Below are positions 38,368 through 49,485 of a stretch of 64,000 nt of DNA, one piece after another. Within the stretch, counting starts at the first letter, position 1. Each line of letters begins with the position of its first letter. The position numbers and the translations under genes were made by a program. The DNA comes from a virus: positions 76,125 through 140,124 of the IMG/VR virus record IMGVR_UViG_3300038468_000190. The stretch is one strand, 5' to 3'. The notes under the pieces were generated by a model. That model worked only from the letters and a program-made list of their open reading frames with translations, searched no databases and had not been told where the DNA came from.

Positions 38368-40044
38368 TGGCAAACGATATCGAGTACGCCTACGACGGGG
38401 AATTCTGTCTGGAGATCCAGAAACGCCACAACTGGCCCTGGTACATCGGCGTCGGTCCGTGGCGCAAAGAGCTGGAGGGGCGCGTGGCCATCCGGATACC
38501 GACCGGTGGCATCGCGTCCGGCACCATGCTCGTGCCGCGCCCTGAGTACGACAGCTTGCCCGACGCGATCAAAGCGAAGCTCGGGCCTCCCAAGGAAGCG
38601 CTCGAGGATACGCGCGAGCAGGCCGACGCGGCCGAAGCACTGGGCCGGGCACTGGTCGCGCTCAGCCGACGAAGAACACGGAGACGCTGAGAGCATGAAA
38701 GCAGAGATCATCGACCTCGGAGGCGGCGAACGCGTCGTCATCGGCAAGATCAAGCCGCTCGGCGCGCGGGAGTTTTGCCGCGAGCTCCACCGCGGCGAGA
38801 GCGGGAAGTTCGCAAACATGCACGTCCTACTCACTCGGGATGAGCTCGCCGAGCTCGGCGAGGCGGTTCGGGCTCTTCTCGAGGCGGCCAGCCCTGTTCC
38901 CTACGGCCCGAGGATCCCGGTCGACGAAGCCGAGCTCCGGCGCCGGTGCCAAGAGTGCGGAGCCCCCGCGACCTTCATGCGGACCGATACAATCGTCGGC
39001 GGGGGGCACCGCAGGACCGTCTACTGGTGCGATGAACATGACGACGGCAGAGCCGAGATGGAGCCGTGATGACAAACGAGGAACGTATTGAACGCGCCGA
39101 GCGGTACGTCGTGAAGCTCCTGACGTCCCAGTACCGGGACCGCATCTCGAACCTCGAGAGCAAGAACATCGGCCGGCAGTCCAAGGTGCAGAAACGATGG
39201 ATCGCCGAAGCGAAGGCGGCGCTACAAGCCGCAGAAGACGACGCCCGGATCATCTTCCGGGAAGTGATCGAGGGCAGACTGGAGCCGTGATGCAAGCGAA
39301 CAAGGACCACCTCCTCCACATCGGAGAACTACTCGGCATCGTCTTCGGCGGCAGGCCCAATACGGTGCAAGTGCTGTCGGCAATCGCTGCCAAGATCCGA
39401 GACATCCACGTGGCGATCATCCGGCTCTACCCGGACGACACCATGCTCGGCGGGCACCCGGCCGACTGCAAGCGGCGCATCGATAGGCTGCTCGCCGCGG
39501 GCGCGACCAAGGCCGCTCGAAAAGGCCTCCTGTGACCACCGCGCCGCGGAAGAACGGCTTCTTTGGTGGCCACCTACTCTGGACGTGAACCATGGCAAAA
39601 CGCAAAGCAGTGCTCCGCGTCACGGTGGAGTTCGACGATCGGGCAACGAGCGAGGTGCTCTTGTGCGGAGCACTCGACGACTTCCTGCGAACCGCACCTG
39701 GCAAGCTCGCCGAGCCCGGCACGCCGATCTACGCAGTCTTCGGGCCGTTCGAGGTAGCCGTACCCGACTGGGCGCCGAATCCGACGGTGGCCAAGCCCGA
39801 GAGCTTATGTGCCGTGCGGGACTGCGGACGCGCCGGCGTGAACGCGACGTGCCCCTACGACGGCTCGAGTCACGGCCACGGCCGCGTCCACTACGAGTGT
39901 CACAAGCGCTGGGTCCCGTGGACCGAGCTCGAGTTCGAGGACCTCGCCGTCGGCGGCTGGCGGCTCATCTGCCGGGAGCACCTCGACCAAATGAACTCCG
40001 AGATCCAACAAGAGCAGGCCCAGAGGGCCGAGAGCACCACGTAA
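38367..40044 (+). other. Coupled hypothetical genes
   Basis: 38367..38690, 38695..39069, 39066..39290, ~39290..39535, 39592..40044. Confidence 0.65.
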
Positions 40045-40488
40045 ATGTCCGACAACCGCTCAGCCTCGGAGCTCATCAAAGAGCTCCGAGACCAGATTGC
40101 CGCGCTCCCTTCCGACAAGGAAGGTTTCGGGCGCGACGTCGCGCTCAGCCTCATGGATCTCATCCTCGAACGCGTCGGCGCCTGGCCTCCGTTCCCTGCG
40201 TCCGGCGAACGCCCCGGCATCGAGTTCAGTCTCGGGCTTTACCGGCACTACAAAGGGGGTTTCTATACGGCGCTCGGGCTCGTCTTCCATCACGAGAGCC
40301 GGCAGCCGATGGTCCGGTACATCTGCCACGAGACCGGCACCGAGAGCGTGCGCTCGCTTTACGGTCACCCCGGCGATCCCGACGGCTGGAAGGACCGCGT
40401 CGAGTGGGAGGACGGCGGAATGCTGCCGCGCTTTTGCTATGCGGGTCCGCCGGGACACGCTGAGATCGTCCGCGTCCTCCTCCCCTGA
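40045..40488 (+). CDS. DUF1653-domain protein
   Basis: 'GLYRHYKGGFY...HHESRQPMVRY...RF'. Confidence 0.75.
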   Translation: MSDNRSASELIKELRDQIAALPSDKEGFGRDVALSLMDLILERVGAWPPFPASGERPGIEFSLGLYRHYKGGFYTALGLVFHHESRQPMVRYICHETGTESVRSLYGHPGDPDGWKDRVEWEDGGMLPRFCYAGPPGHAEIVRVLLP

Positions 40489-40823
40489 AACCCTTTGGGG
40501 GCTCCCGGCCTGGGTTAGCCGGCGGTGCGGTTCCTTCCCTCTTCCTCACCGTCCGCCCCGGCCGGGGGCTTCCCATCTAGCCCGCACGAAAGGACACTTC
40601 TACCCATGCACCGCCTGACCCCCGTGAACGCCGTTCTCGCGGGCGCGCTCGCGCGCGTGATGCCGCGTGGCGAGGGCAAGGTCGACTGGCTCGACGTCGC
40701 CGATGAGTTCGTCCTGGCGACGGCGCACACGCTCACCATCCTCGACAAGAAAGACTACGACCGCTGGGACGGCGAGCTTCGCCGGGCCAAGGAGTACCTC
40801 CGAGCCCTGGGAGTCCAGATGCC

Positions 40824-41354
40824 ATGACGACCAACATCCGCGAGGATCACGCCGTTTCGTTCGTGGAGCTCGTAGAGAAGCTCGTCGAGCTCGCCGTCCG
40901 GGACTCGATCGGCCCCGGCCAGTGCATCGCTGCGCTCAAGGTCGCGGCGGCGTCGCTCTCTCTCGAGCTCCCGACCGAGGTCGTCCGGGCAGGCCGGGCC
41001 TTCGGCAAGGACTTCGCGACCGAAACCCCGGAGGGGGCACTTCGCGGCATGGCGCGCCGCGCGCTCGACGAGAGCGAGAAGGCGATCCCGGAGACCCTGC
41101 CCGACCAAGCGCTCAAGGACCTCGTACGGCGCGCCACGAACGCCATCACCGCCATCGACCAGAAAGACGGCCTCGGGACGCTCATCGTGCTTCACATGGC
41201 GTCGCACATTTCGATGGCCATCATGAAATCGCAGAGCACGGAGGACGAGCTCGCGATGAAGCTCACGAAGTTTCTGACGGCGCGCCGGATGATTGCCCGG
41301 ATCGAAATGGACGTGCAACAAATCGGGCATATGACCCGAGGAGGAGACGCATGA
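40824..41354 (+). CDS. Helical hypothetical protein
   Basis: 176-aa ATGA-coupled ORF. Confidence 0.6.
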   Translation: MTTNIREDHAVSFVELVEKLVELAVRDSIGPGQCIAALKVAAASLSLELPTEVVRAGRAFGKDFATETPEGALRGMARRALDESEKAIPETLPDQALKDLVRRATNAITAIDQKDGLGTLIVLHMASHISMAIMKSQSTEDELAMKLTKFLTARRMIARIEMDVQQIGHMTRGGDA

Positions 41355-41728
41355 CCGTCGCCGCCAAGGACGCCGTGGCCGGCAAGATCTACCGTCTGAC
41401 GCGCGAGAGCGGCACGACGTACTACAAGATCTGCGACGCGGCCTCGGTCAGGCGCCTCGAGAAGCGCCTGTCGACGCAAAGCATCCAGAGCATGAAGCCG
41501 GCGGACAGGTTCGCGTGGGCGGCCATCGGCCGCTGCCGGAGCCGCGGGCACGTCCTGTCCGTGCGCATCCTCCGCTACCGTGACGACGGCGGCAGGCCCC
41601 ACGAGGCCAAGGCGTACGTCGACTTTCCTCCGGACTACGTGCTCCGCGAGGTCGAGCGTCCGCCGGGCTACAGCGCCGGACGGCGGCGCGGACTGGACAA
41701 CGGCGGGGCGGAGGCGGAAGATTCATGA
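41351..41728 (+). CDS. Hypothetical protein
   Basis: GGAGG RBS and ATGA coupling. Confidence 0.55.
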   Translation: MTVAAKDAVAGKIYRLTRESGTTYYKICDAASVRRLEKRLSTQSIQSMKPADRFAWAAIGRCRSRGHVLSVRILRYRDDGGRPHEAKAYVDFPPDYVLREVERPPGYSAGRRRGLDNGGAEAEDS

Positions 41729-42183
41729 CGACCATGGATGATCCGACACATCCGGACGAAGGCGGAGATGTCGTCACGGACGACACGACGGTCGGTGAGC
41801 TACAGAAATGGCTAGCCGATCACCATGTGACGCTCCGCTTTCGGCTCGTGCCGATATTCCCGCTCGCTCCCGTCGCCTCGCTCACGAAGAAAATCAACGA
41901 GGCTATTAGCCTCCGACGCCACTATCTGACATTCAAACGGAACCGCACATGACCGGCCCGGTCGAGCTCGTAAGTTTCCGACGGCCACGGCTGCCATGTC
42001 GGCGTACGACGCCGACCTCATCGCTCGCGGCTGGCTCATCGACGAAACGGCAGCGCGTCCGGACAGGGAGACCAGCCGGGTCCGGCGGTGCCTTCACGGC
42101 GTGCCGCAGGACACTTGGTGTGCCGACTGCGGCCGAGACGAATTCCTCGAATCACCGTCCGAGCCCGGACAGGAGCCCCTAGC

Positions 42184-42714
42184 ATGACCCGCTCCACGTA
42201 CATCACCGTGCCCGCCGACACGCGCCGCTTCTCCTGGCGAAGCCCGAACGGCAAGACCGGCTCCTTCCGCCCGAACGGCCCGATGACGCTCGAAGGGCGG
42301 CGCGCAGACTTCGCGGAAAACCCCACCGGCTGGTCGAGCCGTGCGCCGATCTACGCCGCGCGCATCTTCGTCGGGTTCAACGTGGGGCCGAGGCCGCGCT
42401 GGACGATGAGCGACGTCGTCCAGATCGTGAAACGCGTGCGTAAGCGCCAGGTCGGCTCCCCGGACGCGACGTTCCTCTATCAGCGCGGGCTCTACACGAG
42501 CAAGGAGGACCGGTCGGTCGTCGACGAGAAGGGCGCGCAGATCATCATCCTGAACCTCTCGGGCGCGACCGTGAAGGAGTTCCGAGCGCAGATGATCGAG
42601 CTCGGTGAAGAGATTGCGGAGAAGCTCCGTCAGGAAGAGGTGATCGTCGAGATCCAGAAAGGCGGCGTCTCCAAAGAGACGATCGGGATCACGCCCGTCA
42701 GGAGAGCAGGATGA
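42184..42714 (+). CDS. Hypothetical protein (DUF3574-like alpha/beta pattern)
   Basis: 'ARIFVGFNVG', 'GLY', 'IAEKLRQEEVIV'. Confidence 0.55.
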   Translation: MTRSTYITVPADTRRFSWRSPNGKTGSFRPNGPMTLEGRRADFAENPTGWSSRAPIYAARIFVGFNVGPRPRWTMSDVVQIVKRVRKRQVGSPDATFLYQRGLYTSKEDRSVVDEKGAQIIILNLSGATVKEFRAQMIELGEEIAEKLRQEEVIVEIQKGGVSKETIGITPVRRAG

Positions 42715-44376
42715 GCGCCGAGGAACTCCTCAGGGACGTGCTCGCGTCGGTCGAGCTCGCCGAGGTAGACCCCCGCCGCGTCGTGGTGCGCTCGTTCCAG
42801 CTCGGGCTTCTCGCCGCAGTCGAAGAGTGCGAACGCCTCGCCGCGTCGTCTCCGGCTCTGAAGGATGACGTGCTGAAGCTCGCCGTGCGACTCCGGCATC
42901 GGGCGAAGGAAGCGCGTCTTTGATCCCCAAGACAAAGCTCTTATTCAACGGCGATGATGGCAGGAAACCGCAAACCGAGGCGCGCCGTTACGTGTACCGG
43001 ATCCTCCGCACGATGCTCGACCATGAACTCCAGGACCGCGACGGATGGATGTTCGGTGGTGTCGAGCGGGAGCCCGATGTTCGCCGACTGACGAAAGCAG
43101 TCGAGGCGGTCAAGAAAGAGCTGCTTCGCAAGGTGGCTAGGTGAGCGAAGAAAGCGAGCGTGCGCCGTGAAGCAGTCGGAGCTACGTGGCCCGGACTACC
43201 GGATCAAGAAAGAGAGGGTTCATTGACCCAGCCAATCGGCACGCAACGGTTTTGGATCTCCTGGTGGGGAGGTGACGGAGAAGACTGCCGCCCATGCTAT
43301 GTCGACCTCGCTCCGGAGTTTCCGTGGTGGTGCTCCGGGGAGCGCGAAGGAGACCCGCCATTCTCGCTCTGCGCCGTGGTTGACGCGCTTAATGAAGAGT
43401 GCGCGCTGACCATGGTGCGCAAGTTCTGGCTCGAAGCAGACCTGATATTCTGCAAACCGAAACCGGATGGGTGGATGCCAGAACCGACGCGCTTTCCGCC
43501 GAAGGTGAGCGTGCTGGAGAAACCTGCGGTGCGACCGTGAAGCAATCAGGAAAAGGCAGATCAGGCGCCGCCATGAGATTTCTTGCGTTTCTTCCTGCGC
43601 TCGGCATCGCTGCGTTCTTTATCGGAGTCTTCTACGGACGCTCGGTAGAACGCGAGCGCGAGGCGCCTCTGCTCAAGGCCTTGACGGACCGCATGCGCGT
43701 CTCCGAAGACAAGCTCGCGGCGTGCTCGTCGAAGCTCCTCACGGAAACCCGCGGCGCCGACGCGATGCTCGAGTGGTACGAGCAGTGCCTCGACGGCCGC
43801 ACGTGCACCACGGCCGGCCCGGGCCTCGAGCTCTGGCGGCACTTCAAGCCGCCGACGCTTCCGCACCACTCGCTCGAGCCATCGACCGATCTGCCCGTTG
43901 CCAAGAATCCTCCGGTGCAACCGTGAAGCACGGAGGCCACGTAGTCCCGTCGCTTGTGGATCTGGAGGAAAATCCGGACGCAATCGCCGAAGCCGTGTTC
44001 GAGATGGTGCTCGCGGCTCTGCCGCCGGAAGTGCTCGCGGCTATAGGCCCGGAAGTGCTGGACCGCTTGCGCCAGAATCATCTCGCTCGAGTTAGGGACG
44101 CCCGACCCAGGGCGCGCAAATGAAAGGTGCCCTCATGAAAGCCAAGCGAGTCGCACGTAAGCCGTTGACACGTGCGGAAGCCGAACAGTGGGCCGTCGAC
44201 TGTGAGAGACGCGCAGCGGAATACTACAAATGGTCATGCCATAACAGCGACTTCACCCCGGACCTAGACCCGCTCGCTGCACGAGACCGCCGCCATTCGG
44301 AGGAGCTACGCGCCGAGGCAGCGCGGTGGCGCAGAATCGGCGAGGCCCTCGGTCGTTAAAGAGAGAAAGGACCCTT

Positions 44377-44571
44377 ATGAAAGCCAAGCAGTTCGTACGT
44401 GACCACGTGCTCCCAGCCGGGGGCGAGCTCCTGAAGAAGGACGGTGACCACCACGTCTACCGCTTCCCGAACGGCCGCGTGATGGTCGTGCCGATGGGCG
44501 GTAAGCACAGCGAGGCCAGGCCCTACCTTGTCCGGCGTCTTGAAAAGCTCCTCACCGGCGCGGGCACATGA
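44377..44571 (+). CDS. hicA: HicA-family toxin-like small protein
   Basis: 'GGELLKKDGDHHVYRFPNGRVMVVPMGGKH' matches the HicA dsRBD-like pattern; AAGGA RBS. Confidence 0.65.
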   Translation: MKAKQFVRDHVLPAGGELLKKDGDHHVYRFPNGRVMVVPMGGKHSEARPYLVRRLEKLLTGAGT

Positions 44572-44661
44572 CGCTCGTCGTCGCCGGGGTGGTCATCTTC
44601 TCGCTCGGCTTCGTCTTCGGCTTTGTCATCGCAGAAGCGCTCCCCCGCGACTGAGCGGCAT

Positions 44662-45096
44662 TCACCGAAGACTCCGTAGCATCCCACGGAACGCGTCGTT
44701 CGAGAGAGCCCTGACCCCGAAAAGATCTGTCCTCCGGTCTCTCACGATGCGACCCGCCCTTGCGCCGCTCATGCCGGTCAGCATGTGGATCGCGAGCGCC
44801 GCGACGAGCGCCGAGCGGTTTCGTCCCATGTTGCAGCTGATGAGCACGCGGCGGCCTACCGAGACGTCGTGAGCGACGGCGCTCGCCGCTCGCCAAGCTT
44901 CTCGCCAATCCTCGTCACTCGGCCGCCCCGTGTCATTGAACGGGAACCGCCGTACGATGACACCAGGGAAGCCGTAGGCTGGCGGCTGGTACTCGAGACT
45001 CGTGAGCACGATGACGTCGAAGCGCCCGCCGTAGTATCCGGGCTCGGGGGCACTGCCGACCCAGATCCCACGGTAGACTTCTGTTGCGTCGAGCAC
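44662..45096 (-). CDS. Dual-specificity / tyrosine protein phosphatase
   Basis: CX5R motif 'VLISCNMGRNRSA'; 'IWVGS', 'FPFND'. Confidence 0.88.
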   Translation of the reverse strand: MLDATEVYRGIWVGSAPEPGYYGGRFDVIVLTSLEYQPPAYGFPGVIVRRFPFNDTGRPSDEDWREAWRAASAVAHDVSVGRRVLISCNMGRNRSALVAALAIHMLTGMSGARAGRIVRDRRTDLFGVRALSNDAFRGMLRSLR

Positions 45097-45160
45097 GACA
45101 GTCGACTTTAACCCAAAAGGGTCCTAGGAATCGAGCCTCCGCGATATTATCGTAACGTAG

Positions 45161-48100
45161 ATGTTCTCGGAGAACCGTCCCGAGCTCGCCCTGCTTCGCG
45201 GCAAGCGCGGCCCCGACGTGCTCGAAAAGTGGACGGCTGTCTTCGGCGAGGGGCGCCAGGATACGACCGCGCGCTACCGGGAGATCCTCGATCGCATTGC
45301 GCGCCCTACCGCCGGCGAGGGGCCGTACGTCGGCCGTTACTCCAAGGAGACGGGGCGCGCGTACGGGCACGCCATCGCCGAGTTTTTCGAGTGGTGCGCA
45401 CGGCAGCATCGCCGGCCCGTCCTACCCCGCGAGGTCAGCCGGCGAGACGCCGAGGACTACGTCGCCTGGCTCGCCGATCGGCCCTTCAGCCTCGAAGAGG
45501 AGCGCCTCCGAGACGGCGACGCCGAGGGCCGGCTTACCATTTACGAGGCCGTGAAGAAGCTCGGCTCGGCCGATCTCTCGAGCATCCGGGCGGAGCTTCC
45601 CGAGCGGCTCGGAAAGAACAAGGCCGCGCTCGCGCACGAGCTCGGGCGGATGGTCCTTCACGATCTCCTCGTCCGGAGCCCGACGCTCGACGAGCTCAGA
45701 AAAACCGATCCGCAGATCGGCATCCGTCACTTCTCCGTGCCGATGCCCGGCGGCGGCGCCATGGATCTCGACGACGTCTTCGTCTACTCGACGCCGGAGC
45801 CCCGCGGCCTCAGCCGTTCGACGATCGCGCTCCGGCTCTCCGCCCTCTCGCGCTTCTGGCAGGAGCTCTGCCGCGGCGATCCGGAGACGCCGCCGCTCGT
45901 ACGGTTCAACGTGTTCGACGAGATCTTGTCGCGCGTCTCGCGGGGGCTCGCGGCCGATAAGCGCGCCGCGCGCGCGCGTAAGGCCCGGCTTACGCCCGAG
46001 CTCGTCTCGCGCCTGCTCAATGCGGCTGACGGCCAGACGCTCGTAGAGAAGCGCGACGCGGCGCTGTTTTGGTTCGTGGTGCTGATGGGCTCGCGCGTCA
46101 GCGAGGCGCGGCTCATCCTCCGGGACAAGCCCCGCGACGTCCACCACGCGCCGGGCTGGCTCGAGCCGCTCTCGACGCCGGTCGTCGTCGAGCTCGTCCG
46201 AAAGGGCGGCGTCCACCATCGCTTGCCCTATCCGCCGTACGCCCTCCGAGCGCTCTACGCGTTTCAGACCGAGCTCGAGCGCCACGCCGCGCCCCGCGGG
46301 AGCCAATCCGAAGATCCGCGCTCGCCCGGCTACGTCCAGCCGCGCTCGCCCAAGTGGCGCTACAAGGCGCTAGCCGAAGAGCCCGACGCGCCGCTCTTTC
46401 CTCCGGTCGTCTTCTGGGGCGCAAACTCCCCCGAGCTCTACGAGGAGCAGAAACCGAATCCCCTTCGGCCCGACTACCGCCGGCCGATGAGCGCGGCCGG
46501 CGTCCGGGCGATCTTGAAGAAGATCGCCAAGAAGGCCGGGCTCTCGCCGGAAGAAGAGCGCGCCGTCCACAGCCACGCCTTCCGGCACTTCGCGGCGACG
46601 GCCATGGCCCGTCGCGGTAAGCCCCTCCGCGAAATCAAGACCCTCCTCGGCCACTCGAGCATCACCGTCACCGAGGGCTACGTCGAGGACGAGACCGACT
46701 TGGCCGCGCTTTCCGGTCAGAACGAAATTCTTGACTACATCGCGACCGGCGAGACGGCGCCTGGCGCGCCCGCCCCCGCGCCCGCGCGCGTGGCGCCACG
46801 AGCGCCTCCAGAAGCGCCGCCGGCTCCCCCTCGGGTCATCGAGACGGTCGGCGTCAGAGCCCCTGAGAGGCGCCCCGAAGAGCCGGGATTGCCCGCCGAG
46901 TCGCCCACCGCCCGGAAGGGCCCCGAGACGCACGAGGTCGGAAGGGGCCTCGTCGCCGTCTCGGAAAAGGGGCCGCTCCCTCCCGACCGATTCCCCGGAA
47001 AGCCCGACGTCTCGGCGGGCTCGCCCTACTACGCCTACGCCGACATCGGCTCGGAAGACGCGGCCGACAGAGAGCCCATTCACTTCACCAGGGTAGGGCC
47101 CGCTCGAGCCTCCACGCGCGCGACGCTCTACGAGAAGGCCGGCAAGAAGATGGTCCAGGAGGATCCGTTTCTCGCCCGCCACTACGATCCGTGGCCGCTC
47201 GGCTACGGGATTGGCGAGACGTCGCTCCTTCCGTGGTTTGCGCGCGGCGCTGCCTCGAAGCACGGCGACGTCGTCGTCGACGTCCGCACGCGTACGGGCG
47301 AAAAGAAGAAGGCCGTCGTCCCGCCGCTTCCCGTCTTCGCCCCCGAGCAGCTCTACTCCGAGCTCAAGGCGAAGACGCTCTTCTCGCGGGTCGAAGCGAT
47401 GCGCGAGCGGTTCCTCAAAGAGGAGCCGACGAAGGCGTTCGGGCTCGACAGGTGGTGGGGCGCCTTTCAGGAAATCAGTAAGGGCCTCTCGGCTGGCACG
47501 AAGGGGAAGTTTCGATTCGTGCCGTTCGAGTCGGCGGGGGCGGTCGGTAAGGACGTCCGCGCCCACGACGACGAGTACCTCGCCGCCTGGCTCGAAAAGA
47601 ACGCCGGCCGCTACACGACGACCGTGAGGGCCTTCGAGAGCATCGAGCGGCCGCGCGGCGGGGCGCGCGACGAAGAAGAATGGGCCGCCTTCCGGGAGGC
47701 GTTTGCAAAGGCGTCGCTCGTCGGCGTGAGCCCGGCGGAGGAACTGCCGGACTGGTTTATCTTGGACGATCCCGTCAAAGACATCTGGAAGCAAAACCCG
47801 GAGGAGTGGGAGTGGTTTTCGAAATGGATCGGCGCCGTGACGGGCCAGAAGCTCACGAGCGCGCGAAAGGACGAGCGCGCCTCCGAAGTCCGGCTCGCCG
47901 AAGAAACGCGCCGCACGCGGATCGACGAAGCCCGCGAGCTCCTCAAGGCCTACTTCGAAAGCGTCGAGACCCTGCACCGCGCGGGGCGCGCGCGCGACAA
48001 GGACGAGGCCGACAGGGAGCGCGAGACGATTGCCCTTCTCACCGAGCGCCTGGGAGCCCTCGGCGTCAGGGATCCGAAGACGGCCAAAGAGCTCCCCCGC

Positions 48101-49000
48101 ACGCTCTCGGCGCGGATCGAGACGCTCCTCTCCGAAGCATTCCCCGAAGCCGGCGTCGAGCTCGTCGACCCGAACGTCCTCGAGAGCTCGCTCTTCGACA
48201 AGGAGTCATTTCGGATTGACAGGTTCGAGCACACGATTGTCCACACGGAAGCTTTCCGCGCGGAGTTTGCCGAGCGCTACGACGGGCGGGACTCGGAGTG
48301 CGTGATGCGCCGCGCGGCGCGCGGAATGTGGGAGCACGTGAAGCGCCATGGCATTCCGATCCAGCGCGGCACCGAGCGGTCGAGCGAGTACAGCCTTCTC
48401 TACTCGGTCATGCTCTCGTACATCGCCTGGATCGTCCCCTGCCCGCCGGACATCGAGAAGCGCATGACCGAAGTCACCAAGGGCGAGCTCACCGGCGAGG
48501 AGGCGCGCCTTCGCTACCTCGGAGCGTTCCGGAAGGCGTCCGCGCGGCTTCTTCGCGTGACGCGTGACCACGACGAGGAAGAGCTTCTCGAAGCCGCGAT
48601 GGACGAAGGGCTCGACGCGATGGGCGCGGCCGAAGTCCTCGAAGCCTCCCTCGTCGAGGACAGCCTCCGGGCCGCCGTAGCGCTACCGAGCGCGCCGGTC
48701 ACCGAAGCTCTGGCCCGCACGGCCGTAGAATCCGGCGCCGTCGCGGTCAGTAGCCGCCGCCCCGCCGTCATCGTGGCGCGACGCGTGGGCCGGCAGGTCG
48801 TTCGCGACGTGCCGGTGCCGGCTGCTACCTACTTCTCGGTCGGCGACGACGACGAGGATGCCGAGCTCGCGCCGAATGCGCCTCCCCGGCGCTACCTGAC
48901 GCCGAATGCTCTTCGCGCGGGCCTCGCCTCCATGCGCCGGCCCGAAGAGACGATGCCGTCCGTCCTCCGTATGATGACGGCGATGACGATCGGCTTTTAG
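45161..49000 (+). CDS. Giant (1279 aa) tyrosine recombinase with long C-terminal extension
   Basis: 'RDAALFWFVVLMGSRVSEA', 'RKGG', 'HSHAFRHFAAT', 'LLGHSSITVTEGY' give a complete R-K-H-R-H-Y set; SAM-like 'STIALRLSALSRFW'. Confidence 0.9.
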   Translation: MFSENRPELALLRGKRGPDVLEKWTAVFGEGRQDTTARYREILDRIARPTAGEGPYVGRYSKETGRAYGHAIAEFFEWCARQHRRPVLPREVSRRDAEDYVAWLADRPFSLEEERLRDGDAEGRLTIYEAVKKLGSADLSSIRAELPERLGKNKAALAHELGRMVLHDLLVRSPTLDELRKTDPQIGIRHFSVPMPGGGAMDLDDVFVYSTPEPRGLSRSTIALRLSALSRFWQELCRGDPETPPLVRFNVFDEILSRVSRGLAADKRAARARKARLTPELVSRLLNAADGQTLVEKRDAALFWFVVLMGSRVSEARLILRDKPRDVHHAPGWLEPLSTPVVVELVRKGGVHHRLPYPPYALRALYAFQTELERHAAPRGSQSEDPRSPGYVQPRSPKWRYKALAEEPDAPLFPPVVFWGANSPELYEEQKPNPLRPDYRRPMSAAGVRAILKKIAKKAGLSPEEERAVHSHAFRHFAATAMARRGKPLREIKTLLGHSSITVTEGYVEDETDLAALSGQNEILDYIATGETAPGAPAPAPARVAPRAPPEAPPAPPRVIETVGVRAPERRPEEPGLPAESPTARKGPETHEVGRGLVAVSEKGPLPPDRFPGKPDVSAGSPYYAYADIGSEDAADREPIHFTRVGPARASTRATLYEKAGKKMVQEDPFLARHYDPWPLGYGIGETSLLPWFARGAASKHGDVVVDVRTRTGEKKKAVVPPLPVFAPEQLYSELKAKTLFSRVEAMRERFLKEEPTKAFGLDRWWGAFQEISKGLSAGTKGKFRFVPFESAGAVGKDVRAHDDEYLAAWLEKNAGRYTTTVRAFESIERPRGGARDEEEWAAFREAFAKASLVGVSPAEELPDWFILDDPVKDIWKQNPEEWEWFSKWIGAVTGQKLTSARKDERASEVRLAEETRRTRIDEARELLKAYFESVETLHRAGRARDKDEADRERETIALLTERLGALGVRDPKTAKELPRTLSARIETLLSEAFPEAGVELVDPNVLESSLFDKESFRIDRFEHTIVHTEAFRAEFAERYDGRDSECVMRRAARGMWEHVKRHGIPIQRGTERSSEYSLLYSVMLSYIAWIVPCPPDIEKRMTEVTKGELTGEEARLRYLGAFRKASARLLRVTRDHDEEELLEAAMDEGLDAMGAAEVLEASLVEDSLRAAVALPSAPVTEALARTAVESGAVAVSSRRPAVIVARRVGRQVVRDVPVPAATYFSVGDDDEDAELAPNAPPRRYLTPNALRAGLASMRRPEETMPSVLRMMTAMTIGF

Positions 49001-49482
49001 CGATTGCCGAGCACCGTGAACGCGCTCGCGAGGTCCTCGAAGTAGAGGCCGTTCGCGATGGTCTGGATGAGGAGGTAATCGTCACCGCTTCCAGGCGTCG
49101 CATCGATCGGCGTCCGCTTGTAGATTCCGACGACCAGCCCCGTGAACTCCCGGCTCGTCCCGCCGGCAGGATCGGTGCTCCCGTCACTCACGCCAGTCGC
49201 GTCGATGCGCAGGACCACGTTTCCGAGAAACTCGGTGACCGTATCGTTTTCCGGATCCTCGATGACGTCGAGGTTCAGCGCGGCCACGGTGCCGGCCTGC
49301 ACGTCCTGAACGAGCGCATTGTCCCAGAGCACCGTGCGCGTCTCCTGGGGATCGTTCTGGCTCGAGGCCTCGGCGATCACGTTACCGAAGCGCGGGCCCT
49401 GAGGCTGAAGGGTCGGCTGAAGAGTCGCCGAGAGCGACGTCTTCTGGATCCGGGCAGCCACTACCTTGAGTACGTCCGCCAT
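48997..49482 (-). CDS. Putative structural protein (paralog of 49486..49947)
   Basis: Shared 'LQPQGP/LNPQPP', 'EFTGLVVGIY/EYVGEVVDVY', 'LLI.T.ANGLY.E'. Confidence 0.6.
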   Translation of the reverse strand: MADVLKVVAARIQKTSLSATLQPTLQPQGPRFGNVIAEASSQNDPQETRTVLWDNALVQDVQAGTVAALNLDVIEDPENDTVTEFLGNVVLRIDATGVSDGSTDPAGGTSREFTGLVVGIYKRTPIDATPGSGDDYLLIQTIANGLYFEDLASAFTVLGNR

Positions 49483-49485
49483 AGT

